64,000 nt of DNA from an uncultured delta proteobacterium (GTDB lineage Bacteria; Myxococcota; Myxococcia; Myxococcales; Myxococcaceae): positions 64,001 through 128,000 of the forward strand of contig CAVYSY010000021.1 in assembly GCA_963771175.1 (NCBI GenBank). Reading direction: 5' to 3'. Shown in pieces: positions 20,619-31,457 of this stretch. Position 1 is the first letter of the stretch; each line of letters begins with the position of its first letter. The notes below the pieces were generated by a model. It had not been told where the DNA came from. It saw only the letters and a program-made list of their open reading frames with translations, and searched no databases. The position numbers were made by a program, and so were the translations under genes.

Positions 20619-20912
20619 CGCCCCCCCACGGGGCGTCCTCCCTGCCCTCGCGGCAACGTTTCTTTGCCCCCGAGCCTCACTCCGAGTAGGAGGGGCGCGT
20701 TGACTGACCGACACAGCAGGCGAGGGCGTTGGGGCCCGCGAGGTCCTTGGAAGCCGGAATCAGGGCTCCTCGAAGGACGGCCGGGCATGCGCCCAACCCT
20801 GGATGAACGCTGGACGGCACCCACCCGACTCGGGTCTCTATGCGGCGCGGCGCCGCGCCGCGGGGCGGTCCAGCCAGAGGTGGACCCGTAGGGGCCCCGA
20901 CATGGAGAAATC

Positions 20913-22802
20913 ATGAGCCACACGAAGTCGTCCCTCCTGCGGGGGACGCGCAGCAGTGGCGCGCGCTCGTCGACGCGTTCGGCGGGAGTCGTGCGCCTGT
21001 CCGCTGTCGCCACGATGCTGCTCGCCTCGGCCGCGCTCGCGCAGCCCTCGGGCCTGCCGGAGTTCGAGCTGGAGCGTCTGGAGTTGAACCCCAACGGCAA
21101 GGGCTCGCTGCTGATGGGCACTGGCGAGCTGCTGCCGGCGGGCGGCTTCCGCCTCTCGCTCGCGGGGCAGTACGAGAATGATCCGCTCGTGATGTACCGC
21201 GATGGCAACCGGCTGGGCTCGGTGGTGGGAGACCGGGTGACGGCGCACCTGCTGGCGGCCTGGGCCCCGATGCGGTGGCTGGAACTCGGCGTGCAGCTCC
21301 CCGTGGTGGCCTGGCAGCGCGGGGAGGACCTCTCCGCACAGGGCGTCGGGGCTCCGGCCCGCACGGGCCTGTCCACGCCGACTGTCCAGGTGCGGCTGGG
21401 GCTGCTCTCGCAGCGGCGGGACGCTCCGGTGGACCTGGCGCTCGAGCTGGGCGCGGGGCTTCCGGTGGGCAGCGCGGACGCGCTCTCGCGGGACCGCGGC
21501 GTCCGGCTGTCGCCCAAGGTGATGGCGGGCCGGCGCTTCGGCGGGCTCCGCGCGGGTGTGGAGGCCGGCATGCTGGTGCGGTCCTCGGTCGCCCTCAGCG
21601 AGGATGCGGACATCCAGGACGAGCTGGGCAACGAGGTGCGCCTGGGCGCGGTGCTCGCCACCACGGGTGATGGGCTGCGCGGAGAGCTCAACGTGCGCGG
21701 CACCCTGCCGCTCACTCGCGAGCCGAGCTCCCTGGAGCTGCTGGCCGGTCTGCGGCTGCCCGTGGGCGAGTCGACCGAAATCTATGTGCTCGGCGGTCCT
21801 GGCTTCGGTGACGCTCCGGGAACGCCCACCTTCCGCCTGCTGCTCGGCGCGGCCTTCGGTAGTGGGGAGGAGCCGGACGCCTCGCGTCGTGACGATGACG
21901 GCGATGGCGTGAAGAACGCCGACGACACGTGCCCCTCCGTTGCGGGTCCGGCCGAGCGCCAGGGCTGCCCGGTGAAGGACACGGACCAGGACGGCATCGA
22001 GGACGCCGCCGACACCTGCCCCACCGAGGCGGGCCCGGCCGAGCGTCAGGGCTGCCCGGCGAAGGACGCGGACCAGGACGGCATCGAGGACGCCGCGGAC
22101 AAGTGCCCCGCAGAGGCGGGCCCGACCGAGCGCCAGGGCTGCCCGGTGAGGGATGCGGACCAGGACGGCATCGAGGACGCGGCGGACAAGTGCCCCACCG
22201 AGGCGGGTCCGGCCGAGCGCCAGGGCTGCCCGGTGAAGGATGCGGACCAGGACGGCATCGAGGACGCGGCGGACAAGTGCCCCACCGAGGCGGGCCTGGT
22301 GGAGCTGCGCGGTTGCCCGGCGAAGGACTCGGACGGCGACAGCGTGGCGGACCACCTGGACAACTGCCCCACCGAGAAGGGCGTGGCCACCAACGCGGGC
22401 TGCCCGGTGCAGCAGAAGCAGCTCGTGGCCATCCAGACGGGCAAGCTGGAGATCAAGGAGTCGGTGTTCTTCGCCACGGGCAAGTCCGTCATCCAGACGC
22501 GCTCCTTCAAGATGCTGGACCAGGTGGCCAAGGTGCTCCAGCAGCACCCCGAGGTCGACAAGGTGGTCATCGAGGGCCACACGGATGACCGGGGCAACGC
22601 GGAGGCCAACCGCAAGCTGTCGCAGGCGCGGGCCGAGGCGGTGAAGAGCTACCTCGCGAGCAAGGGCGTGGATCCGTCGCGCCTGGAGGCGAAGGGCTTC
22701 GGGCCGGACCGTCCCCTCGCGACCAACAAGACGGAGAAGGGCCGCGCGGCCAACCGGCGCGTGGAGTTCATCATCGTCACCCCCGAGCGCGAGCTGAAGT
22801 AG
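20913..22802 (+). CDS. TraB-like outer-membrane protein: beta-barrel, TSP3 repeats, OmpA domain
   Basis: Signal peptide, amphipathic beta-strands, six DxDxDG..D.CP...G.....GCP repeats, IEGHTDDRG, LSQARAEAV, RAANRRVEF. Confidence 0.9.
   Translation: MSHTKSSLLRGTRSSGARSSTRSAGVVRLSAVATMLLASAALAQPSGLPEFELERLELNPNGKGSLLMGTGELLPAGGFRLSLAGQYENDPLVMYRDGNRLGSVVGDRVTAHLLAAWAPMRWLELGVQLPVVAWQRGEDLSAQGVGAPARTGLSTPTVQVRLGLLSQRRDAPVDLALELGAGLPVGSADALSRDRGVRLSPKVMAGRRFGGLRAGVEAGMLVRSSVALSEDADIQDELGNEVRLGAVLATTGDGLRGELNVRGTLPLTREPSSLELLAGLRLPVGESTEIYVLGGPGFGDAPGTPTFRLLLGAAFGSGEEPDASRRDDDGDGVKNADDTCPSVAGPAERQGCPVKDTDQDGIEDAADTCPTEAGPAERQGCPAKDADQDGIEDAADKCPAEAGPTERQGCPVRDADQDGIEDAADKCPTEAGPAERQGCPVKDADQDGIEDAADKCPTEAGLVELRGCPAKDSDGDSVADHLDNCPTEKGVATNAGCPVQQKQLVAIQTGKLEIKESVFFATGKSVIQTRSFKMLDQVAKVLQQHPEVDKVVIEGHTDDRGNAEANRKLSQARAEAVKSYLASKGVDPSRLEAKGFGPDRPLATNKTEKGRAANRRVEFIIVTPERELK
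21891..22412 (+). repeat. Six tandem 87-bp coding repeats (TSP3 Ca-binding units)
   Basis: Unit DADQDGIEDAADKCPTEAGPAERQGCPVK starts at 21891, 21978, 22065, 22152, 22239 and 22326. Confidence 0.9.
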
Positions 22803-22820
22803 CCGAAGGAATCGAAAGTC

Positions 22821-25719
22821 ATGAGCAATCCATTCATGAAGAAGTGGCTCTCGGGCGCGCTGTGTGCGCTGGCTCTCGGCTCGACGGCGGCGCTGGCCGA
22901 GCCGGACTCGTTCGGGCTGGGCGACGGGCACAGCGGTGCCCTCTCGGTGACGACCGCCGGCAGCATCATCATCAACAGCTATGTCCCGGTGACGGGGCCT
23001 CTGGCGCCGGGGGACAGCTCCATCCCGGTGGGGACGTGCACGGGCGATGCCTCCTGCTTCAAGGCCGGAGATCTGGTCATGGTGCTGCAGACGACGGGCC
23101 TCGTGCCCGCGCCGGGCTCCGGCGACACGTCGACCCTCCATCTCACTGGAGCCAACCCCGTGGGCCGCTGGGAGTTCGCGCGGCTGGCCTCGGTCTCGGG
23201 GACGACGCTGACGCTGACGGCGCCGCTCATCTACGACTACGCCGCCAACGTGACCCAGGTCATCCGGGTTCCCGAGTACACGGACGTCACCATCACCATC
23301 AGCACCGGCAGAATCATCGCGCCGGCCTGGGATGGGAGCACCGGTGGAGTCATCGCGTTCCTGGCCACCGGCGTCGTCTCCAATGCCGGGCAGATCAACG
23401 CGAGCCTGCTCGGGTTCCGCGGAGGCAAGTACGTCAATGATGACGGCACGGGTTTCGGCTGCAATGGGCTGGATGAGCCCATTGGCGTCCGAGTCCGCTG
23501 ACCTCCTTCCGAGGCGCGCAGAAGGGCGAGGGCTTCGCCATTACTCGCTACGGACCCTCGCACACCGGTTTCGGAAATGTGGCCAACGGAGGGGGTGGCG
23601 GCGTCTGCTCCAAGACCGGCGGTGGTGGTGGGGGCAACGGCGGCGCTGGCGGCCAGGGTGGTTGGTCGGACTCCGCTGATGGCTCCAGGCCCTACGGTGG
23701 CCTGGGGGGCACGGAGATCGAGCACAACGATGGCTCGCTTCTTACCCGCCTCCCGTTGGGAGGCGGTGGTGGCGCGGGACACGGGGTCGACTCCTCCGGC
23801 GTGCCGGGCGGGAGGGGCGGAGGCATCGTCTTCATCCGCGCGAAGCAGCTCACGGGTACGGGCTCCATCCAGGCGAATGGTGAGTCCGGTCTCCCTGACC
23901 ACATCCGATGCCTCCAGTGGCGGTGGCGCGGGCGGTACCCTCTACCTGCGCTTCACCGAGGCCGCCGCGTGCGCCTCCCAGATCAGCGTGGTCGCCAAGG
24001 GGGGGCTCGGCGGCAGCTCGGGACGCCGCGTTGGTCGGTCCCGGTGGTGGAGGCGGCGGGGGCCGCATGCTGTTCCAGTCCGCGGGCGGCACCTGCGTCA
24101 CCACGACCTCGCCGCCCTTCATCGGCCCCAACAACGTGGGAGGGGCCAACCCGGGCTCGCAGCAGGACACGAGCTCTCCCTCGTATGGCGCTCAGGTGGG
24201 ACAGCCGGGTGACTTCGACAAGCGGTCCACGGGGTTCGTCGTGCCGCCAGTGCCCGAGGTGAGCACGCCCGCGGACAAGTCCTTTACCAGCAACCCCCGG
24301 CCCGTCATCACGGGCACGGCCAGTCCCAGCACCACGGTGGTCATCTACATCGATGGGGTCGCGGTAGGTCAGACGACGTCCGACGCCGCCGGCAACTACA
24401 CCTTCGTGCCGACCACGGCTCTCTCCGAGGGGAGCCACGTGGTGCAGGCGGCCACGGAGATCGAACTCGTGCAGAGCGCCAGGAGCACGGGCAACACCTT
24501 CACCGTGGACCTCACGCCGCCGAACACGTTGATCGTCTCGAGCCCGCCGGGCACCACCAATTCGACGAGCGCGACGTTCGATTTCAACTACGCGGGGACG
24601 GAGACGGGCACCGTCACGTACGAGTGCAAGCTGGACACCGAGGCGGCCTTCACTCCGTGCCCCGATCCGAAGACGTACACGAACCTGGGGGAGGGGCCGC
24701 ACACGCTGCTGGTGCGCGCCATGGATGCCGCGGGCAACGTGGACTCCTCGCCGGCCCGCTACGACTGGACCGTGGACCTCACGCCGCCAGAGACCAAGAT
24801 TGTCTCGGGCCCGGCGAGCCTCACGCGCGAGACGAGTGCCACGTTCGACTTCGACGTGGTGACGCCGGAGCCGGGCGTGACGTACGAGTGCAAGCTGGAC
24901 ACCGAGGCGGACTTCACCCCGTGCGCGGACCCGAAGACGTACATGGGTCTGGGTGAGGGGATGCACTCGCTGCAGGTGCGCGCCGTGGATGCCCTGGGCA
25001 ACGCGGACCTCTCGCCGGCCAGCTACACCTGGACGGTGGACACCGTGGCGCCCGCAGCGCCCGTGGTGAGCGAGACGCTGGAGGGCGCGACGTTCGAGAC
25101 CCCCACGCCGCCCATCACCGGTACGGCAGAGCCCGGGAGCACCGTCACCATCATCATCGACGGTGTGGCGGTGGGCACCACCACGGCGGATGCGGCCGGA
25201 AGCTGGAACTACACGCCGACCTCGCCGCTGTCGGAGGGCTCGCACGAGGTGAAGGCCCGCGCCACGGACCCGGCCGGCAACGACGGCCCCGTGTCCGGCG
25301 GCCGCACCTTCTCCATCCAGGACTCCACGAGGCCGGAGACCACCATCACTTCCGGTCCCTCGGGCTCCACCCCGGAGCGCGGCGCGACGTTCGAGTTCGG
25401 CTCGAACGAGCCGGGCGTCACCTTCGAGTGCAGCCTGGATGGCGCCGCCTACACCCCGTGCACGTCGCCGGTCACCTTCAACGACCTGGCTCCGGGCGAG
25501 CACACCTTCCAGGTGCGCGCGCGCGACGCCGCGGGCAACGAGGACACCACCCCGGATACCCGCACCTGGACCGTTACCGAGAGCACGGGCAACGGGGGTG
25601 GGGACATCTCCTTCCGCGGCGACGGCTTCGGCTGCTCGGCCACGGGCGGGGACTCCACGCTGGTGCTGATGGGTCTGGGCTCGTTCCTCGCGCTGGCCCG
25701 CCGCCGGCGCCGGAACTAG
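22821..25719 (+). CDS. AgmC-like cell-surface protein: N-terminal head, Gly-rich region, Ig-like repeats, MYXO-CTERM; frameshifts near 23490, 23900 and 24020
   Basis: Signal peptide, AEPDSFGLGDGH, GDLVMVLQTTG, GRWEFAR, QVIRVPEY; Ig repeats (DLTPP.T.I.SGP, YECKLD, VRA.DAAGN); C-terminus GFGCS + TM helix + RRRRR. Confidence 0.8.
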
Positions 25720-25739
25720 CGCTCCACGTGTCGTGATTC

Positions 25740-25781
25740 AGGCCGGGCTCCCCTCTCATCGAGGTGGAGCCCGGCCTTTTT
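25740..25781 (+). terminator. Intrinsic terminator between convergent genes
   Basis: AGGCCGGGCTCC...GGAGCCCGGCCT stem followed by a T-run. Confidence 0.8.
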
Positions 25782-25787
25782 CGTGCC

Positions 25788-27356
25788 TCAGTGGACCTGC
25801 TGGGACGAGCCGGTGAGGGGGTGCTCGGGTTTGGGCGGGGTGGCACTGGCGGCGGCCAGCAGGGGCAACGCCACATAGAAGGTGGAGCCCCGGCCCACCT
25901 CGCTCTCCACCCAGATGCGGCCGCCGTGGCGCTCCACGATGTCCCGGCTGATGTAGAGGCCCAGCCCCAGCCCGCCGTAGGACGTGACGGCGACGTTCCG
26001 GGCGCGGAAGTAGCGCTCGAAGAGCTGCTCCAGCTGGTCGCTCGGGATGCCGATGCCCTTGTCCGTCACCAAGAGCAGCGCGAAGTCGTCGTTCACCTCC
26101 AGCGACACGCGGACGGTGCTGTCCCCGGGGCTGTACTTGAGGGCGTTCTCCACCAGGTTGGCGATGACCTGCTCGAGCCGGTACGGGTCCCCGCGGATGC
26201 GCACCGGCTGGGCCGGATGCGTGAAGTCGATGCGGTGCTGGCCCCGGTCCACGTCCATGGTGGACAGCACATGCTTCACCAGCGTGTCCAGCCGGGTGGG
26301 CTCGAAGTGCAGCGCGAGCCGGCCCGCCTCGATGCGCGAGGCATCCAGCAGGTCATTGATGAGCGCCGTCAGCCGTACCAGGTGCTGGCGAGCGTGGCGC
26401 AGCAGCGCGGGGTCCACCGGCTCGTTGCGCTCCAGGCGGCGCTCCAGGCTGGCCAGCCGCAGCGACAGCGGGGTGAGTGGTGTCTTCAGCTCGTGCGAGG
26501 CGATGGTGAGGAAGTCGTCGCGCACGCGGATGGCTTCCTGGGCCTCGCGGAAGAGGCGAGTGCGCTCGGCCTCCGCCCTGCGCTGCTCGGTGACGTCCTC
26601 GACGATGCCCACGCCGCCCTCCACCTGCCCGTCCTCGTTGAGGTAGGGGGCGATGTGGATGCGCACCGGGGTGACCTTGTCCGCGGTGAGCGAGTGGTAG
26701 TCCCCCTCGTAGTACGCGTGGCGCCCGGCGAGCACGTCGCGCACGCAGGACATGAGGGCATCGTCATGGAGGGTGAGCAGGTTCAGCCCGATGAGCATCC
26801 GCTTGGACGAGCCGATGATGCGCACGAAGTATTCGTTGCACGCGACCAGGGTGGGCGTGGTGTCGAAGTGGAAGAGGCCCAACGGGGCGTTCTCGAAGAC
26901 GAGGTGATAGGCGCGCTCCCCGGCGGAACCGGGGTCCGCGGTGCGCGTGTGGACGGCGGAGGACAGCCGCTCCAGGGGCTCGTCGGTGTAGTCGGGGTAC
27001 TCGGGCGGGCGTCGCAGCACCAGGGAGATGCGCTCCCCGGAGCCCTCGCCCGTGGTGCCCGCTGTCACCTCCACCTCCAACTCCGGTCCATTCCGGTGCA
27101 GCATGGACACCCGGATGGGGCGTCCCCCCAGCGCGCGCCGCCGCCCCAGCAGGTAGCGCACGAAGGAGTGACCCTCGAAGGACCGCAGGCGCTCGGGGAT
27201 GAGGCGGGCGAGGGGTTGTCCTTTCAGCTCCTTCAGTGTCCAGCCGAGCAGTCGTTCGGACGCGGAATTCACGTAGAGGACGCGCTCGTCGCCATCGCAG
27301 GCCACGAGCGGATCCGCCATCGCGTCCATCAGCAGCCTGAAGTCATCGCCAGCCAT
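25788..27356 (-). CDS. Cytoplasmic two-PAS sensor histidine kinase (orphan)
   Basis: Two PAS-like segments; ASHELKTPL, NLVENALKY, DKGIGI, GLGLGL and GSTF boxes. Confidence 0.94.
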   Translation of the reverse strand: MAGDDFRLLMDAMADPLVACDGDERVLYVNSASERLLGWTLKELKGQPLARLIPERLRSFEGHSFVRYLLGRRRALGGRPIRVSMLHRNGPELEVEVTAGTTGEGSGERISLVLRRPPEYPDYTDEPLERLSSAVHTRTADPGSAGERAYHLVFENAPLGLFHFDTTPTLVACNEYFVRIIGSSKRMLIGLNLLTLHDDALMSCVRDVLAGRHAYYEGDYHSLTADKVTPVRIHIAPYLNEDGQVEGGVGIVEDVTEQRRAEAERTRLFREAQEAIRVRDDFLTIASHELKTPLTPLSLRLASLERRLERNEPVDPALLRHARQHLVRLTALINDLLDASRIEAGRLALHFEPTRLDTLVKHVLSTMDVDRGQHRIDFTHPAQPVRIRGDPYRLEQVIANLVENALKYSPGDSTVRVSLEVNDDFALLLVTDKGIGIPSDQLEQLFERYFRARNVAVTSYGGLGLGLYISRDIVERHGGRIWVESEVGRGSTFYVALPLLAAASATPPKPEHPLTGSSQQVH

Positions 27357-27493
27357 GCCTTCCCTCTACGGAGGGAGTCACCTCCAGAGCCTACAGGGTA
27401 GATACGGAGGACCCGCCCCGTGAGTGCCTGAGTGCCTGACAGCAGCGGGTTGGAGCCCGGCTCGCGGAGCGGGGGAGGGATCGCCGCACTGAC

Positions 27494-28504
27494 TCACGGC
27501 CCGCCAGTCGCGGGGGGCTCGCCGGCCGGCATGGGCACTTCGCGTCGCGCGGCGGGCGGCTCCAGTTGGAAGCGCGCGATGAGGGGCATGTGGTCCGACA
27601 GGCCGTGGAAGCGGCTGCGTGTGTCCCCGAAGGGATTCGTCTCGTCGGTGTCCTGCCAGCGCACCCCGGCTCCGGAGAAGATGTGGTCCAGGTGCATGCG
27701 CATGTGCATGAAGCCGGCGGTGGGAAAGCCGCGCGAGGTCTTCGGGTCTATCTGGCCCACCGCCGCCTGGGCAGAGGTGAAGCTGGCTTCGTCGCACAGG
27801 TAGTGGAAGACGGGGGAGGCCGGGGGCGAGTTGAAGTCCCCGCAGATGAGGAAGGGCTCGCCGGCTGATTGATGCCGCACCAGCTCGGCGAGGGCGCGCG
27901 CCTCGTGGAGCTGGTTGATGCCGTTGCCCATCTTGTCCTTGGTGGACCAGAAGGCCCGGGAGAAGGGGGTGGGCAGGCTGAGGTGGGTGTTGAAGACGTG
28001 GAGCGGCAGCCCGTCCTCCATGCGCAGCAGGCGCATGTGCGCGCAGATGCGGCTCTGCTTGCGCTCACGCAGCATCCGCACGTGATGGTGGGTGATTTGA
28101 TGGGGCGCGTCCACGTTGTGGGTGTCCACCATGAGCCGCTGGGTGTTGACGAGGATGGCCAGCCCGGTGGTGTAGAGGGAGAACTCCCCCAGCTTGTAGC
28201 GGTGGGCGCGGAAGTAGTAGGCCTCGTAGGGCATGGGCCGGCGCAGGTTGGCGAACGTCTCCTCCATGCGCCCCATGAAGGCCTCGAGCTGCGTCTCGCC
28301 CGGGCGGGCGGGCCGGTGGGCGATGCTGCTGCGGAAGGACTGCGTCTCCACCTCCTGCAAGCAGATGATGTCCGGTAGCGGGTCCAGTGCGGCCAGCGCG
28401 GCGGACACCCGCCGCTTGGGGCCCAGCGTGCTGGCGAGCCCGCGCAAGGCGTGTCCGAAGTACCGGACGTTGTAGCTGACGATGCGTAGAGGCGTTGGGG
28501 CCAT
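27494..28504 (-). CDS. Endonuclease/exonuclease/phosphatase family protein
   Basis: RIVSYNV, DIICLQEV, FNTHL, CGDFNS, LDHIF, SDHMP. Confidence 0.92.
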   Translation of the reverse strand: MAPTPLRIVSYNVRYFGHALRGLASTLGPKRRVSAALAALDPLPDIICLQEVETQSFRSSIAHRPARPGETQLEAFMGRMEETFANLRRPMPYEAYYFRAHRYKLGEFSLYTTGLAILVNTQRLMVDTHNVDAPHQITHHHVRMLRERKQSRICAHMRLLRMEDGLPLHVFNTHLSLPTPFSRAFWSTKDKMGNGINQLHEARALAELVRHQSAGEPFLICGDFNSPPASPVFHYLCDEASFTSAQAAVGQIDPKTSRGFPTAGFMHMRMHLDHIFSGAGVRWQDTDETNPFGDTRSRFHGLSDHMPLIARFQLEPPAARREVPMPAGEPPATGGP

Positions 28505-28728
28505 GCTCGCTCGTGCGCCGTGTGGAAGAGGGAAGTAGGGGGAAGTTACTGCTTTTCTTCGTCGGGGGGGAGCGCCCTGGACCTTGCGTCCCGGCCCAGG
28601 ACACGGATACTTCGCCGCCACCAGGGATGCTTGGCAGCCCTGGTGGCGTGCAACCCGCCCGCTGGCCGGTAGCGGGCCTGGAATCCGGCGCGGCCCCCCC
28701 GCGCCCCCCAAGACGGAAAAGGAACAAC

Positions 28729-29256
28729 ATGAACATGCGTTCGACGCTGTGCGCGGTCGCGGTGGCTGGTGGTCTGCTGGGCTGCAATCCGCAGCCCGAA
28801 TACTACCGGGTAGCCATCGATGACGCGCCGCTGAACAACCTTCCCTCGAGCTGCTACGCGGGCGGCACCGCGCCCGCGCCGCGGGGCGACACCGTGAACG
28901 ACGTGCAGCAGTGGGTCCTCTGGGAGGGCGTCGAGGACCGCAAGTACCTGCAGGTGGGTGCCATCAACTACGACATGGGGGACGCGGACACCGTGAACAT
29001 CCCCGGTGACGCCATCCCGAGCTCCGGCGAGGGGGAGAAGCTGACCTTCGTCGCCGAGCGGACGTTGAGCAACCCCAGCCGCACCTTCCGGGCCACCTAC
29101 ACCTTCGACAAGGAGCCGGGGGACACCCTGGAGGGCTCGCTGGCGCTGAGCTCCACCTGCACCGGCACCGGCTGCGATCCCAACTGCGAGGCCTCGCTGC
29201 GCTTCACGGGCCGCCGCATCACCGCGGACCAGGAGCTGCCGGTCTCCGGTCAGTAG
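28729..29256 (+). CDS. Hypothetical lipoprotein
   Basis: AAGGA RBS, lipobox LLGC, GC3-rich codons. Confidence 0.75.
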   Translation: MNMRSTLCAVAVAGGLLGCNPQPEYYRVAIDDAPLNNLPSSCYAGGTAPAPRGDTVNDVQQWVLWEGVEDRKYLQVGAINYDMGDADTVNIPGDAIPSSGEGEKLTFVAERTLSNPSRTFRATYTFDKEPGDTLEGSLALSSTCTGTGCDPNCEASLRFTGRRITADQELPVSGQ

Positions 29257-29347
29257 TACCGGGCGGGGTGGCCCCGGCGGGCCGGTGGCCACCCCCTCCG
29301 CCGGGCAGGCGACGGGCGCGAGTCGGTGTTAAAGGAGAGGACACGCC

Positions 29348-30190
29348 ATGACGTCCTCTCCTCCTCGTTTCCGTGGAACCGATACCTACCTCTCCAGCGA
29401 GGGCCTCCAGGCCGCCGTCAATTGCGCGCTGACGCTCCAGCGCCCGTTGCTGGTGCGCGGCGAGCCGGGCACGGGCAAGACGCTGCTCGCCGAGGCCGTT
29501 GCCCAGAGCCTGGGCTTGCGCCTGCTCACCTGGCACGTGAAGAGCACCACGCGCGCCCAGGATGGCCTGTACGTCTACGACACCGTGCAGCGCCTGTATG
29601 ACTCGCGCTTCGGCGATGGGGACGTGCGCGACATCCGCCGCTACATCCGCCTGGGGCCCCTGGGTGAGTCCTTCGCCTCGAAGGAGCGCGTGGTGCTGCT
29701 CATCGACGAGGTGGACAAGGCGGACGTGGAGTTCCCCAACGACCTGCTCCACGAGCTGGACCGGATGCGCTTCCGCGTCACGGAGACCAACGAGGACGTG
29801 GCGGCCACGCACCGCCCGGTGGTCATCATCACCAGCAACAACGAGAAGGAGTTGCCGGACGCCTTCCTGCGCCGGTGCGTCTTCCACTTCATCGACTTCC
29901 CGGACCAGGAGCTGATGCGGCGCATCGTCGAGGTGCACCACCCGGGGCTGGACGCGTCGCTGACGGAGCAGGCGCTCAAGGTCTTCTACGAGCTGCGCGG
30001 CTTCACGCGGCTGCGCAAGCGGCCCACCACCAGCGAGCTCGTCGACTGGATTTCGGTGCTCAAGGCCAACGGCGTCGCCCACGTGAAGCTGGACGAGAAC
30101 CTGCCGTTCCTGGGGGCGCTGCTCAAGCGCGAGCAGGACCTGATGGCGGTGGCGGAGGCCTTCGGGCGGGGCCGCCGGACGAAGGCCTGA
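29348..30190 (+). CDS. MoxR-family AAA+ ATPase
   Basis: GEPGTGKT, LLIDEVDKAD, TSNNEKELPDAFLRRC. Confidence 0.95.
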   Translation: MTSSPPRFRGTDTYLSSEGLQAAVNCALTLQRPLLVRGEPGTGKTLLAEAVAQSLGLRLLTWHVKSTTRAQDGLYVYDTVQRLYDSRFGDGDVRDIRRYIRLGPLGESFASKERVVLLIDEVDKADVEFPNDLLHELDRMRFRVTETNEDVAATHRPVVIITSNNEKELPDAFLRRCVFHFIDFPDQELMRRIVEVHHPGLDASLTEQALKVFYELRGFTRLRKRPTTSELVDWISVLKANGVAHVKLDENLPFLGALLKREQDLMAVAEAFGRGRRTKA

Positions 30191-30203
30191 GCGAGGGCGC
30201 GCC

Positions 30204-31411
30204 ATGTTCCTGCCCTTCCTCTACGAGTTGCGGCGGCGCGGAGTGCCGGTGGGCGCGCAGGAGGCGCTCGCGCTGGCGGAGGCGCTGAAGGCGGGGCTGC
30301 ACGACAGCTCGCTGGACGGCTTCTACCACGTGGCGCGCGCGCTGCTGGTGCACGCGGAGACGCACCTGGATGCCTTCGACCAGGCCTTCCTCTCACACTT
30401 CAAGGGCATGGAGGGCTCGGGGCAGCAGCTCGCGCAGGAGCTGCTCGAATGGCTGAAGGACGCGCGCGAGCGGCGTGAGCTCACCCCCGAGGAGCGCGAG
30501 CTGCTGGAGCACTTCGACGTGGAGGAGCTGGAGAAGCTCTTCCAGGAGCGCCTGGACGAGCAGCGCGAGCGGCACGACGGCGGGACGAAGTGGGTTGGGA
30601 CGGGAGGGGCCTCGCCCTTCGGGAACTCGGGGCACCCGCGCGAGGGCATCCGGGTGGGCGGCGAGGGCGCCCAGGGCGGTGGCGGCCGCATGGCGATGAA
30701 GATCGCCGGAGCGCGCAAGTACCGGGCTACCGGGGTGACGTGGTGCTGGACACGCGGCAGCTCGCGGTGGCGCTGCGCAAGCTGCGGGCCTTCGCTCGCG
30801 AGGGCGTGGCGGACGAGCTGGACGTGGAGGGCTCCATCGCCGCCACGGCGAAGAACGCGGGCGAGCTGGAGGTGGTGACGCGCCCGCCGCGCCGGCCCAA
30901 CACGCGCGTGGTGCTGCTGATGGACGTGGGCGGCTCCATGGACCCGTACGCGCACCTGGTGAGCAAGCTCTTCTCGGTGGCGAAGCAGGCCACGCACTTC
31001 AAGGAGCTGCGCACCTACTACTTCCACAACTGCGTGTACGGACGCGTCTTCGACTCGCCACACATGGTGGGGGGCCTCAGCGTGCCGGACCTGCTGGGGC
31101 AGGTGGGGCGCCACCACAAGCTGGTGGTGGTGGGTGATGCGCTGATGGCGCCGTACGAGCTGACGATGCGCACCAACTCGGAGGGCCGCTACGACCCGGA
31201 GAACGGGAAGGAGGGGCTGGTGTGGCTGATGGAGCTGGCGCGGCACTTCGAGCGCAGCGCCTGGCTCAACCCGGAGCCTCCGCAGACGTGGCGGGGCAAC
31301 ACCATCCATGCGGTGAAGAATGTTTTCGACATGTTCCCCCTGACGGTGGAGGGACTGGGCGAGGCGGTGGCGCACCTGACGAAGGGGCGCATGGTGCGCG
31401 GTCGCCGATAG
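30204..31411 (+). CDS. VWA (CoxE-like) partner of MoxR, frameshift near 30725
   Basis: GGTKWVGTGGASPFG, LLMDVGGSM MIDAS, YFHNC, VGDALMAPYE, WLNP. Confidence 0.9.
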
Positions 31412-31457
31412 CTGGAGTATCGTCCCGCCGCGTTTTCACATCGCAGGGGGTCATGAA

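Noticed and set aside
20842..20861. GC-only palindrome GCGGCGCGGCGCCGCGCCGC upstream of the OmpA gene
   Set aside because: Low-complexity GC palindromes are expected by chance at this base composition; no riboswitch consensus recognised.
21891..22412. Regular repeats as a possible CRISPR array
   Set aside because: In-frame 87-bp coding repeats with no unique spacers; no cas genes in the window.
22821..25719. Calling the adhesin traA
   Set aside because: It lacks the TraA PA14-like domain and Cys-rich repeats, has Ig repeats instead, and lies downstream of the barrel gene rather than upstream.
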